A DNA stretch of 55,998 nucleotides from a bacterium (GCA_004298665.1 SCQY01000092.1:1-55998); one strand, 5' to 3'; numbered from the stretch's first letter, positions 17,552 to 27,318 are shown. The notes: generated by a model not told the origin, from the letters alone. A program made the numbers and translations.

Positions 17552-18395
17552 GGCGACTGCGATCGTATTGCACAGTGAGCATCTGCTCGGCTTCTGCGTC
17601 GAAGGTTGGAAGAAGATGCCGAGCGGCGACGGCGATGTTCTCGCGAATCGTCAGGCCAAGCGCTCGAGCCGCGGGCTCGTCGATGCCCTGGTCCTGAAGA
17701 TAGGCTGTGAGCGTACACGCACGGTCGATTTCACGTAGCGAGACAACGACGGGGGAGTCGCTCGTGTTGAGCGCGACGCTCAGGCGGCCAGCAAGGGTCA
17801 CGAAGTCGGCGAGGATTTCGGGCGATAGCGACGGATGGCGTGCGCTGAAGTGGGCGAGCTGCTCCTCGTCGGTCATGCCAGGCCACGCGATCGGTTGGAA
17901 GCGCGAGTAGAATGCCGGCGAGAGCCGGTAGTTGCCGCCATAACCGTCGAGGTTCGTGGTGGCGACGAATTGGAAACCGGGTGCGGGGTGGAGCAGCTTG
18001 AAGCCAGCGCTCTTAATCACGATTGGCTCGCAGTTCGCGATCGGGTGCCAGAGGTGAGCTACATCCGCGGGGGATGTCGTGATCTCGTTCACGACCAGGC
18101 GTAGGCCTTCGCGGTAAGCACGCGTGATGGGCCCCTCACGGTGGACGAAGCGGGCGTTCTCGTTGTGAACCACCTCGCCGTAGAGCGGGTTCTCTTCCGT
18201 CTCCGGCGTCATCGAGATCGAGATGACCCCGTTTGGATGCGCATCAGCGTTCTCGCCGGCGAGCTCAGGGAGCGTTCGGTCGCCGACGGTTTTGATGCGC
18301 GTAGCGCTGTAGGTTTTTCCCGCGCCCGAGGGCCCGTAGAGAAGGACGGGGGCCTGGGCGTTCAGCCAGAAAGCGAGTTGCTCGAGTGGAGTCAC
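17535..18395 (-). CDS. MoxR/CbbQ-NorQ-like AAA+ ATPase
   Basis: GPSGAGKT Walker A, EGPITRA, VVNEI Walker B variant, FQFVATTN, AFYSRF, SLRE. Confidence 0.9.
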   Translation of the reverse strand: MTPLEQLAFWLNAQAPVLLYGPSGAGKTYSATRIKTVGDRTLPELAGENADAHPNGVISISMTPETEENPLYGEVVHNENARFVHREGPITRAYREGLRLVVNEITTSPADVAHLWHPIANCEPIVIKSAGFKLLHPAPGFQFVATTNLDGYGGNYRLSPAFYSRFQPIAWPGMTDEEQLAHFSARHPSLSPEILADFVTLAGRLSVALNTSDSPVVVSLREIDRACTLTAYLQDQGIDEPAARALGLTIRENIAVAARHLLPTFDAEAEQMLTVQYDRSRHGKAA

Positions 18396-18940
18396 GCGGG
18401 GCTTCCTTTCATGGTGTCGATCGCGCGAGCGAGGATGGAGGGAGTTACGGGATAGCCATCGAGGAGGATCATGCGTGTGTCGTGCTCGGCCAGGCGCGCC
18501 TCAATGATGGGAAGCAGCGCGTCAAGCTGGATCAGGTCGGGCGGGAGCCCCACCAGCCCAAGAGCCGTGAGAAAGAGCGGTGGCAGGTTGCCGCCTTCGT
18601 ATCCGATGCGCTCGCCCTCGAGGATGCGCACAGTGCATGTGACGCTCGCTGGGATTCGCTTGAGGCGCTCAGCGATCGCTTGGAGCCGGTCGTCGGAGAC
18701 AGGAATGCCGATGGCAGTAAGTACCGGACCTGCGTCGCCAGGCTCGCGGCGGAAGCGTTCTGCGTCGGCAGATACGGCAATCGGCAATGGAACCGCACGT
18801 AATCCCGCGGCGGTCAGCACTTCGAGCGTACCGCCGGCCCGCAGGCCCTCAAGTCGCTCGGTGGTCCCGCGAATGAGCGCGGCAAGGGTCGCACTGGCGC
18901 GAGCGGCGTTGGTCGTATTACGTGCATCGAAGTCAGGCAT
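18392..18940 (-). CDS. Hypothetical protein
   Basis: Coupled (GTGA) to the AAA gene; GGAG RBS. Confidence 0.55.
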   Translation of the reverse strand: MPDFDARNTTNAARASATLAALIRGTTERLEGLRAGGTLEVLTAAGLRAVPLPIAVSADAERFRREPGDAGPVLTAIGIPVSDDRLQAIAERLKRIPASVTCTVRILEGERIGYEGGNLPPLFLTALGLVGLPPDLIQLDALLPIIEARLAEHDTRMILLDGYPVTPSILARAIDTMKGSPA

Positions 18941-18987
18941 GAATGGTTCGTGCTCCAGCGGGTGCGCGTGCTGACATGCGCAGTGGC

Positions 18988-19236
18988 TTATCGGTCGTGA
19001 TGCGGCGCTGGCGGCGTCGGGACCGGAGCAGGGGTATCCCGTTGCTGCGGCCCCCCGCTCATGAGCACCTCAGAGATGCCAATGATTTCGCTCGCCGTCA
19101 AGTACCGTGCTTCGAGCACCGTGGTGGCGACACAAGCGATGGATCCGCTGCTCGAGCGAATCGCGATAACCACGCGCGTGCGCGCTGCGCGATCAGGATC
19201 GCGCAGGATGAGTTGGCGAGCCTCGTCGATGGTCAT
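18988..19236 (-). CDS. Small hypothetical protein
   Basis: ATGA coupling with the helicase stop. Confidence 0.45.
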   Translation of the reverse strand: MTIDEARQLILRDPDRAARTRVVIAIRSSSGSIACVATTVLEARYLTASEIIGISEVLMSGGPQQRDTPAPVPTPPAPHHDR

Positions 19237-22175
19237 GCGGCATCGCCCGTGTGCGTATCATCATAAGCGGTCACAGCAGCCTGATCATCCATCCCGTCTC
19301 CGAGGGCGATGGCAGCTGCGGCATCCAGATATAATCCGAAGATCGCGGACCCGTGTGCGTCGACGAACACGTGGGTATCGCGAATAAAGCGTCTGTCGTC
19401 CAACAACGGCTCTACACGTCTGGAGCTACTGCGCTCTTCATCGTACGCCCGAAGCGGACCGAATGGAGGCAATGCTACGACGATGTTACGTGTGATCTGA
19501 GGCAGAGCATCGCATTCCATTTGCCACCGCGCTCGCGCTTCGTCGCGTGAGAGTGGCGTGCCATCTGGTAGTAATCCGATGTGTGCCACGTCCACTCGAA
19601 GGAGACGATATTCCTGCGGATTGTTGCCGTAGCGCGGGAGTCGAATCGCACACGTGATACCGCGCGCGGTCTCCAAGAAGTGCACGTCCGCGCCGCGAGT
19701 TTCCCTCTCGACGCAGTTCCAGTCTCGGACGAAGGTATAGGGCTCTTCGATCTGTAGCCTCACGGCAGGGCAACCGCCGATCGTCGTTGGAGTGGCGACC
19801 TGCCGTTTACTCGGATAGGTGCGCTGATCCAGCTCCTTCATTTGGATCGTTTCACAGGCGGTGGTCAATGTATGCCAGAGTCGCTGCTGCAGCGGGTAGC
19901 GATCACAGCTAGGCATGGTCGCGATCCATCGCACCAGGTCGACAACGCGTTTGACGCGGTGAGTGGCGGCGTGGAAGGGAGCGAGTGCCGAATCGGCTTT
20001 CATACGTTCTGCCATGAGGTTGATAACGTCGCTATCGGGCGCATTGAGGACAAGAGTGTCGGCACGGATTGCGATACTATCGCGTTCCCCGTAGGTACAC
20101 GCACCTGCTTCGCGCATCTTCGCGACGACGGTTCCGAGGTTCGCGGAAAGCGCGGGGATGTCGGTCGTGAAGAAGACAACGTTGGGCCAGGAGACTTGCC
20201 CCGTACGGCAGACACGGCCCATGACTTGCGCGAACTCGGCTGGCCGGAGAAACGGATCGAAGACAAGGAGATTGCGTTTTTCGCGGTTGGCGAACGTGGC
20301 GCCGGCGTGCAGGTCGATGCCGCGGCTGCCCGCTTCCGAAACCGCGACGGCATGTACGCGCCCGTCGGCAAAGTCGCGAATCGCTTGCGCGTTGGCTTTT
20401 GCACTCGATCGCGGGATCGTCTGCAACGCCCCGTTCACACGAACGGTGCGGACGCTGCGACCCGTTATCTCGGCGAAGTCGCTCCCGTAGCGGGTAGCGA
20501 GATCGGTGAGCACGTGGTCGTCATCCACGACGGCATTCAGCGCGCGGACAAAACTCGAAGTCGTCGCTGCGGTCCGCTCAGGATTACGATCGACCAGCAC
20601 CGCCTTGTCGCCGACCCGGATGGTGCGGACGTTCACCGGTAGGCTCAACAGTTCGATAAGCCCGCGAATTAGATGCTTTCCTGAGCTCGTAGAGTGATCG
20701 GCGCCTTCCGCAGCGGCGGCTGCCTGGCGTTGAGCTTCTCCCGTACGGGCGAGTTCGATCACTATGGATTCGTGACGCGCCCGTGCTTCGTCGATATAGT
20801 CAAATAGCGCCGGCCGGCACATGTCCGTCACGATGGTCTTGAGCGCCCGGTTCGCGAGCATCGTGATCTGGCTGGCAGTCGGCACGGGAAATCGCGCTTC
20901 GTCGAAGGTGAGTCGCGAGTATCGCTCGAGACGGGCTTTGGCGTAAACGACCGCGCCGTTGACGATTGCCTGGTACTGATCGAGGACGGCGCGCTGCGCA
21001 TCGGTCGTTCTGACCGTGATCGTGCTATAGGTGACGCCCTCGAATGATAGGCCGCCAGAGGCGACGGTGCCGAGACTCACGCCCTCGGCAATGAGCAGCT
21101 CGGCCATGCGCGTCTGCTGCGCGGCGGCGGCCACAAGCTCAGAGGTTGGATACATTGCCTGCGGGCCGGCGAGCCCGAGGCGGTTGGCGAGATACTTGAA
21201 AGCCTTCGCGTTGGGGATTGGCGTGGCGGAGAGGAAGAGCATCCGCGCGTCGGGCATGGCAGCATCGATCGTCCGAAGCATATGCCCTTGGTCGCTGTTG
21301 AGTTCCCGCAGAGCATCGCACTCATCGAAGATCCACAGCGTATCGTCCGGGAGGAGGCACCGAAGGACGTCTGCGAAACGCAGTCGGATCGTTGCGCTCC
21401 GCCGGCTCTTACCGTCGCGCACGGCATCCATGAGCATGGAGGCATACGGCGCGTCGGGATGCGCGCGCAGGTGCGCCTCTGCGGCCTCAACCGTTTGGGT
21501 TAGGGGGCGCCGAAGCGTCGCGTAGGTAGCGAGCAGATACGGCGTCCGGCGCACATCGAGCTGCGCGATCGTGTCCAGGTGTGCGTGCGCGAGCATGCCG
21601 AAGCGGTCGGGTGGGATTCCCAAGTCGTGGCCTTGCGTTTGGAAAACGCCGGCGATCAGGCGGCTGCTCGTGACGGTTACAACCGGCGGTGGGGTGCGCT
21701 CGAGGCTGCGGGTGGCCTCGGCGGCTGCGAGCGCGACCGATGTCTTGCCAGAACCCGTACCAAAGCCCAGGAGGAAGCCGCATCGAACGGAACGGTCGTG
21801 CTCGTCGACGTGGCGTCTGGAATGGGCGGTAAGCGCGCGCGCGACGAGCTCGAGTTGCTCGCGTGAAAGGATCCCTTGCTGGATGAGCCCGCGATCAAGA
21901 CGAACGGGAACGTTCGGTAGCGGTTGTCGGATGGCGCGCTGGACGCTCGGCGCCAGGAGGGGTGTAGGGTGTGGGGGAGCGGCAACGGCGAGGGCCCTGG
22001 GAATGTAAGCGCTCCAATGAGCGCCGTCGCTGAGGGGCGGCACCTCATTACGCGTGAAGGCCACCGGCTCAATGATCCCGGTGGGTCGCAGGTGGCGGTC
22101 GCCGAGATGGAAGAGGGGGAATGCTGTTTGCGCGCCAGAGGTTCGCGAGCGGCGCGGTGCCGACGTCATGGTCAT
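19233..22175 (-). CDS. Strawberry-notch-family SF2 helicase/NTPase
   Basis: LSREQLE, GFLLGFGTGSGKT, FDECD, FLSATP, AEITGRS, SEAGSRGIDLHA, QVMGRVCRTGQ..P motifs; start estimated. Confidence 0.85.
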   Translation of the reverse strand: MTMTSAPRRSRTSGAQTAFPLFHLGDRHLRPTGIIEPVAFTRNEVPPLSDGAHWSAYIPRALAVAAPPHPTPLLAPSVQRAIRQPLPNVPVRLDRGLIQQGILSREQLELVARALTAHSRRHVDEHDRSVRCGFLLGFGTGSGKTSVALAAAEATRSLERTPPPVVTVTSSRLIAGVFQTQGHDLGIPPDRFGMLAHAHLDTIAQLDVRRTPYLLATYATLRRPLTQTVEAAEAHLRAHPDAPYASMLMDAVRDGKSRRSATIRLRFADVLRCLLPDDTLWIFDECDALRELNSDQGHMLRTIDAAMPDARMLFLSATPIPNAKAFKYLANRLGLAGPQAMYPTSELVAAAAQQTRMAELLIAEGVSLGTVASGGLSFEGVTYSTITVRTTDAQRAVLDQYQAIVNGAVVYAKARLERYSRLTFDEARFPVPTASQITMLANRALKTIVTDMCRPALFDYIDEARARHESIVIELARTGEAQRQAAAAAEGADHSTSSGKHLIRGLIELLSLPVNVRTIRVGDKAVLVDRNPERTAATTSSFVRALNAVVDDDHVLTDLATRYGSDFAEITGRSVRTVRVNGALQTIPRSSAKANAQAIRDFADGRVHAVAVSEAGSRGIDLHAGATFANREKRNLLVFDPFLRPAEFAQVMGRVCRTGQVSWPNVVFFTTDIPALSANLGTVVAKMREAGACTYGERDSIAIRADTLVLNAPDSDVINLMAERMKADSALAPFHAATHRVKRVVDLVRWIATMPSCDRYPLQQRLWHTLTTACETIQMKELDQRTYPSKRQVATPTTIGGCPAVRLQIEEPYTFVRDWNCVERETRGADVHFLETARGITCAIRLPRYGNNPQEYRLLRVDVAHIGLLPDGTPLSRDEARARWQMECDALPQITRNIVVALPPFGPLRAYDEERSSSRRVEPLLDDRRFIRDTHVFVDAHGSAIFGLYLDAAAAIALGDGMDDQAAVTAYDDTHTGDAA

Positions 22176-22317
22176 GAAGGGGGCGAGCTCCAGCATATGT
22201 GCTAAGCAAGACGGAAGGGTCACTCGCCGCTCGCACGTTCGCTGGGTACAGGTAGCATCACGCGCGCTATGAGGTTGGCGTGTAGCGACCGGCAAAGTGG
22301 ATGGAGTGTGCGCGCGA

Positions 22318-22515
22318 TCAGCTATCCGTGGCGCGGCACGCCTCATGGGTGTGGCAGGTGTGGGGTGCCGAGCCGCAATCCATGGCAACGACTGCGGCGG
22401 AGTTGCCGGCCGCAGCGCTACACGCTGGAAACGCTGCCGCAGCGAGGCAGGTGGCGCACGCGTCGTCCTTGACGACCGGACGCCGGTGGCAGTAGTCGCA
22501 GAGAAGGAAGGCCAT
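22318..22515 (-). CDS. Small Cys-rich (zinc finger) protein
   Basis: CDYC, CATC, CHTH; AGAGG RBS. Confidence 0.45.
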   Translation of the reverse strand: MAFLLCDYCHRRPVVKDDACATCLAAAAFPACSAAAGNSAAVVAMDCGSAPHTCHTHEACRATDS

Positions 22516-22549
22516 CGTCTTTTACCTCTTACGCCAACACAGAGAGGGC

Positions 22550-23689
22550 TTAGTTGAGGACATCGCGCGTCGGTTCGTACGCGCACGGAACGATAATGCC
22601 GGTTTGCGCAAAATCGTTCGTGTGGCCTGACGGCATGTGGAGCCGTAGGCCGTGTCCCGCGCGTGGATCCCAGGCAAACTCGAACCCGATGCTTAGCGGA
22701 GCCAACCACGCCTCCAGCACCGTGCGGTGTTGAAGTATCCTCGCCTCTGCTTGATCTTCATCCGTGGTGCCGTTACACCGGTCCTCGGCGAGTCGATGTA
22801 GGGCGAGCGAGATGGCTTCCAGTTCGTCGACAAGCGCGGCAGTTGCGCCAGGGACAGCCGTAAGCTCCGCGAGGAGGGCCTGATGGTACGTGTAGCCGTT
22901 GCGGAGGCGGAAACTAAGAGACCCAACGGTCGTGGTCGCGAAGGCCCGGTCTGGGGTACGCCACAGCAGCGCATCGGCCTGGTGTAGCCAGCGCCCGATG
23001 TGCGCGTTTGTCGGGCCGTGCGGCGCGATACCGACGAGTGCGCCGCCGGCGCGCAAGAGCAGTCGGACATGCCGGATATGCTCCAAGGCCTCAGAGAACG
23101 GTGGATTCATCAAGGCGCCGTCATACGCTGTCCCCGTGTGCGAGAAGATCGACTCCTCGACGACGCGCACGCGCTCGTCGCCGGCGAACCGCCGCAGGAG
23201 GCTCTTTGCACGACGTGGATCAACCTCGACGGCGGTGACTTGCGCGTGTGGTATCAGCTCGAGGATCGCACCGACCATGGCGCCATCGCCGGCTGATGGC
23301 TCAAGGATGCGTGGAGCGGCCATCCATCCGATCTCATTGGCCAGGTCTTGCGCCAGCTCGTGCGCGTAGGATGCGCCGGTAGGGAAGAACTCGAGCGTCG
23401 CGATCGTATCGGCATAGAAGCCGGTCGTGACCGCCTCGACGATCGCAGCTTTGGCATCCGCGGGCGCGACATGCCGCCTGCGTTTGCGGTTCCACGTGAC
23501 GCCGATGGCGTCAAAGAAGTCGTCGATCTCGCGGTAAAGCGTCGGCGACACGCGCGGTAACAGCGCTTCGTCGCTGGCGTACGAGATTGAGCCCAAGGCC
23601 GCGCGTGCCTCGGGAGAGAGCGAGACACGCGTTGGGGAGCCATCCGACGACACACTATCGTCAAGCGAAAATAACGGGAGAACGCTCAT
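22550..23689 (-). CDS. N6-adenine (class I SAM) DNA methyltransferase-like protein with an extra C-terminal domain
   Basis: FFPT, ILEPSAGDG (motif I), AVEVD, MNPPF (motif IV); GGAGG RBS. Confidence 0.88.
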   Translation of the reverse strand: MSVLPLFSLDDSVSSDGSPTRVSLSPEARAALGSISYASDEALLPRVSPTLYREIDDFFDAIGVTWNRKRRRHVAPADAKAAIVEAVTTGFYADTIATLEFFPTGASYAHELAQDLANEIGWMAAPRILEPSAGDGAMVGAILELIPHAQVTAVEVDPRRAKSLLRRFAGDERVRVVEESIFSHTGTAYDGALMNPPFSEALEHIRHVRLLLRAGGALVGIAPHGPTNAHIGRWLHQADALLWRTPDRAFATTTVGSLSFRLRNGYTYHQALLAELTAVPGATAALVDELEAISLALHRLAEDRCNGTTDEDQAEARILQHRTVLEAWLAPLSIGFEFAWDPRAGHGLRLHMPSGHTNDFAQTGIIVPCAYEPTRDVLN

Positions 23690-23908
23690 CGAACCTCCGG
23701 AATGGGCGAAGACGATGCGCGTGGGCTCCAGCAGGACATGCTAAGCGCGGCATTTACCGCATCTTTGCCGCCTGGAAGGGCGTTAGGTTGGCGTAATGCC
23801 GCGTGCGTCAGGGGAGCGCAAAAGGAGCTGCTGGCGCGTGCCTTGTGCGTCGATCGTTACGATCGCTGCCGTCGACGGAATGTGCCGGGCGTGCTCAGGG
23901 TATTCAGT

Positions 23909-24532
23909 TCATCCTGCGTCCGTAAGTTCAGCGAAGCGATGAAGGAACATAGCCTTAGCTTGTGGTGGGTCCCAGCATCTAATCTCCGCGCCGGCGATGG
24001 GTCCGTTCCACCATGCACCGCGGTTTGTCATCAGCTCGCGAATTTCAAGACCGGCTAGTGCGCGGTCAGCCTCTTTTACCGTGACAGGAGTCTTTGGCGG
24101 CAATCCGAACGCCGCGTAGATCGTGCGCTGCACGACGGCTTCAGCATCGCGGTAGGGCTGCATCTTCGCGTCGTACTTGATAGGGCGTGGGAGGTCCAAC
24201 AAGTACGCCTCGGCGGCATCGTGCAGAAGCCCAGCGAGGGCGTCCTGCGGAGCGCACAAGCGGCTCACGTGCCAGCAGTGCTCGGCGACAGAGTAGAACG
24301 CCTTAGTATGCCCGGCGAAGCGGCACTGCATCGCTAAGCTGTGGGCGATATCCTCAATGCGTACGTCCTCAGGATGAGGATCGAATGGCCAGAATGGAAA
24401 GCCGGTAACGCACTCGATACAATCGCCCTGTCGCTGGGTCTCTCTTCGCCTCTCGCACTCGACTCGCACCCCGTTCGAAGCCGGCGGCGTCGAGGACTGT
24501 GCGCTATCGCTCTTGTCGTTATCGCTGGCCAT
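23909..24532 (-). CDS. HD-domain phosphohydrolase (YfbR/YfdR-like deoxynucleotidase)
   Basis: IEDIAHSLA..CRFAGH..FYSVAEH, LLHDAAEAYLLDLPRPIK, VKEAD. Confidence 0.9.
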   Translation of the reverse strand: MASDNDKSDSAQSSTPPASNGVRVECERRRETQRQGDCIECVTGFPFWPFDPHPEDVRIEDIAHSLAMQCRFAGHTKAFYSVAEHCWHVSRLCAPQDALAGLLHDAAEAYLLDLPRPIKYDAKMQPYRDAEAVVQRTIYAAFGLPPKTPVTVKEADRALAGLEIRELMTNRGAWWNGPIAGAEIRCWDPPQAKAMFLHRFAELTDAG

Positions 24533-24534
24533 CG

Positions 24535-24912
24535 TTACCAAACCCCCAGCGGTAGAGCATCGACGAGGGCTTCGCGCTCCCGGTACTCCCGGAGTTCCTC
24601 CTGCGCGTCAGGGGTGGTGTCGTTCTCGAGGGCTGCGATATTGTCGTAGTCGACAAGCGTGACGCCCACTGGAGCATCGGCTCGTACGGCTTGCAATGAA
24701 CCACCCCGTATATAGATCCCGACCGTCCGCGCCACTGTGACTACCGTATCGGCGCTGACGCGCTCGCAAAGGTCGTCGATCTCGTCACTAGTTAGTGCCG
24801 GACCGGCGTCGGTGGCAATCTCGTATACGGAGGTCGGGATGCTATCCTGTTCCTGGAGTAGCCTGAGCCCGGCGAGAACGGCTGAGCGTTCGCGGTCGTC
24901 GAGGATCGTCAT
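24535..24912 (-). CDS. Hypothetical protein
   Basis: GAAGGAG RBS; AVLAGLRLLQ...EIDDLCERV motif. Confidence 0.6.
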   Translation of the reverse strand: MTILDDRERSAVLAGLRLLQEQDSIPTSVYEIATDAGPALTSDEIDDLCERVSADTVVTVARTVGIYIRGGSLQAVRADAPVGVTLVDYDNIAALENDTTPDAQEELREYREREALVDALPLGVW

Positions 24913-25520
24913 TGTGAAGGCTCCTTCTGAAGGCACGCATCGTTGATAGCCGTCTCAACGGCCATGATAGCCTCGGTCGACCCTGGCCAGAGCAGTTCGG
25001 CGCACGGGTGCAACAGGGGATGTGCAGGATCGTAATCGGGTTCTGTGAGCGTCATAGCGGCTAGCTGCGCCAGAAACTCATCGCGATTTGTAAGGCTGTA
25101 CGACCAGGCGATATTGGCGAATGCCGGGTCGATCGTGCGGTGGGTCCGACGCGCGAGCGAGAATATCTCGTCGAGGGGCTGACACTGGTCCACCTTGAAG
25201 CCGGTAACGAAGACGATGGCGTGCATCGCTTCATGGAGAATGACTTCCGGCTCGCATGTGCGCAGATACACCCGCACGCATCCGTCCATCGCAGACGTTA
25301 CGCCGAGCACGCCGTGGCCGGAGGACACCCGTCGGTCCAGGCATCGGATCGGTGTCTGCTCGGCGTTGAGCCAGTGCACGTCGCGGATTACCGTGTGCCA
25401 TGCCGGGGGGAGGAGCGCGAGCGTGGGGGTAAGCTGCCGCGCGAGGGGCGGCTCGGTGGACTTGACGCGCGGCGGCGACTCTGGTATGGTGGAGTGCATC
25501 GGACCTCTGAGTGTTTGCAT
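24909..25520 (-). CDS. Zincin-like metallopeptidase
   Basis: VILHEAMHA plus YSLTNRDEFLA. Confidence 0.65.
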   Translation of the reverse strand: MQTLRGPMHSTIPESPPRVKSTEPPLARQLTPTLALLPPAWHTVIRDVHWLNAEQTPIRCLDRRVSSGHGVLGVTSAMDGCVRVYLRTCEPEVILHEAMHAIVFVTGFKVDQCQPLDEIFSLARRTHRTIDPAFANIAWSYSLTNRDEFLAQLAAMTLTEPDYDPAHPLLHPCAELLWPGSTEAIMAVETAINDACLQKEPSQ

Positions 25521-25584
25521 GAGGCGCTTGTATAGATTCCGAGAGTCAGAGGGAGAGGCTCGCCCCGTGGGCGGGCCTCTTGCG

Positions 25585-26295
25585 TTATGAGACAGCCTCC
25601 CCCTCTAATCTCCCCTCCCCAGCCGGTTTCGATGCCCGCGCCAGCAGCAGTTGGAGCAGGGGGAGGTCGGTAGCTAGCGCATGCCGGCGGTGGACCTTCT
25701 CGTAGAATGCACCCCACAGCTCGCTTTTTGCTTGATCGGGTAGCTCGTTGATCCGTGCGAGGATACCGCGCATAGCCTCGCCGCCGGCGGCTGCCTGCGC
25801 CGACGAGGTGGCGCCGGCCGGGGAGAGTGTGGAGCCCTGTGAAGCACGCTTACCATCGTCGTCGTCGCGTTGAGCGGCGGTCCCAGTGAGGGCGAGCAGG
25901 GCGTAGCGGCGGCCATACGTTTCAAGCGAACCGACTGACTGGGCGGCAATCGACTGCGATACGAGCGTCAGGGTCGACCCGATATACTCGGCACTCTCGT
26001 GGATCAGCAGCGTCTCCACCTCGACCGTGAATAGCCCGTCCTCGAGACGCGAGCTCGTGGGTTGCGCGATGAAGATGCCTTCCTCGTTGAGTGCTCCGCG
26101 CACAACGGCGAGGACGCTGGCGAGATCGGCGTACTGTGAGTCAAAGTCGGGGTTGACGCTGTTGGTACCGATGGGTCCCATGCGCCGCTGCGCACGCACG
26201 AGTGCCGGAACTAATGCCGCCACGCTGGGTGAGCTGTAGAGATTGCGTGTTAGGATTGCGCCAGGCGCATCGCTAGCGTTAGGTGTAGCTGACAT
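25585..26295 (-). CDS. ERF-family ssDNA-annealing protein
   Basis: NPDFDSQYADLASVL, LLIHESAEY, QSVGSLETYGRRYALLAL.G...DDDDG. Confidence 0.92.
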   Translation of the reverse strand: MSATPNASDAPGAILTRNLYSSPSVAALVPALVRAQRRMGPIGTNSVNPDFDSQYADLASVLAVVRGALNEEGIFIAQPTSSRLEDGLFTVEVETLLIHESAEYIGSTLTLVSQSIAAQSVGSLETYGRRYALLALTGTAAQRDDDDGKRASQGSTLSPAGATSSAQAAAGGEAMRGILARINELPDQAKSELWGAFYEKVHRRHALATDLPLLQLLLARASKPAGEGRLEGEAVS

Positions 26296-26325
26296 GACTG
26301 GTTCTCCATGGGCCTGAGAAGCAAC

Positions 26326-27318
26326 TTACGAGACCCGGGCTCCTGCCCTAGCGTCGATCCAAGCGACGAGTCGTTCGTGGCGGCTCGCGTCGCGGTGCAG
26401 CTCCCGCTCCACGGTGTGCCACGGCTTTCCGAAGCGTTGCTCGGCGTGCAAGAGCGCGTATTGGTAGGCATCGTACCGATACGCCGGCAGCGTTCCGGTG
26501 CGATCGAACCATGTGCGGGCGCCACTTGGACCATGAGGGCGACTCAGCGCGGCGGCATGGGCGTCGACATACGTGCCGATCGGCTCTGCGCCATCGGATA
26601 GGCGGCGCGCAGCGCGCGCGATAGCTCGAGCGCTCTCGAAATACAGCGGTGGCAGCGGCGCACGTGGGTTACGCAGCAGATCGTCGAGCATCGCCTGTGC
26701 GAAGACCCGCGCCGGCGCTTCAGCTTGCATTGCGTCCCGGACTCGTTGGGAATCGTCCGGCCGATGGAAAAGGAGCAGGCTGAGGTTGTGGAGAGTAGCG
26801 GCGAGCGCATCGGGTCGCAGCGGGTCGGCGTTGCGAACCGGATCGGCCGCCTCCCACCAAGGCTCGATCTCGAGCGGCGCACGCGGTAGGTGGTGGCGCC
26901 GCGCGAGGTTACGGACGGCGGCTGTGGACGGGTAGACGATTCCATCGCGCGTGCACTGGCGCTGCACCTCGATTTCGAATCGCTCTTGCGGCGCGGACCA
27001 TGTCGGGGTCTCCGCCGGCGGAATCAGACCTTCCCTCGTGAGCCACTCGAGCGCACTACGCCGATCAAAGCCGATCTCAGGTGCGAGCCGAATGACCGCA
27101 TGCAGGATCCCCCCATGCCCGCAACGGGCATGGCAGGTCCAACCGTTGTGCACGTTATCGATTTGGAGCGAGTCATGCTTACTCCCGGGGCGTGTATGCC
27201 ACGGGCAACGAGTGTGGTAGCTTTCGCGTTGCGAGCCTTCGAACGGGAGCCCTTGCGCCTGCGCGATACGCGCCATCACCGAGGTGATCGTACCGAAGGG
27301 GAGGTCGTGTAAGCTCAT
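26326..27318 (-). CDS. CHC2 (primase-type) zinc-finger protein
   Basis: CPWH...DSLQI...WTCHARCGHGG...ALEWL; no Toprim motif seen. Confidence 0.7.
   Translation of the reverse strand: MSLHDLPFGTITSVMARIAQAQGLPFEGSQRESYHTRCPWHTRPGSKHDSLQIDNVHNGWTCHARCGHGGILHAVIRLAPEIGFDRRSALEWLTREGLIPPAETPTWSAPQERFEIEVQRQCTRDGIVYPSTAAVRNLARRHHLPRAPLEIEPWWEAADPVRNADPLRPDALAATLHNLSLLLFHRPDDSQRVRDAMQAEAPARVFAQAMLDDLLRNPRAPLPPLYFESARAIARAARRLSDGAEPIGTYVDAHAAALSRPHGPSGARTWFDRTGTLPAYRYDAYQYALLHAEQRFGKPWHTVERELHRDASRHERLVAWIDARAGARVS

Noticed and set aside
22176-22709. Long N-terminal extension of the helicase ORF
   Set aside because: Low-complexity sequence that overlaps the MTase and a zinc microprotein; the true start is probably near 22175
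1-27318. Prophage interpretation (ERF, RusA, HD, SSB)
   Set aside because: No terminase, portal, capsid or tail genes; the linked T4SS and PRTRC genes favour a plasmid/ICE
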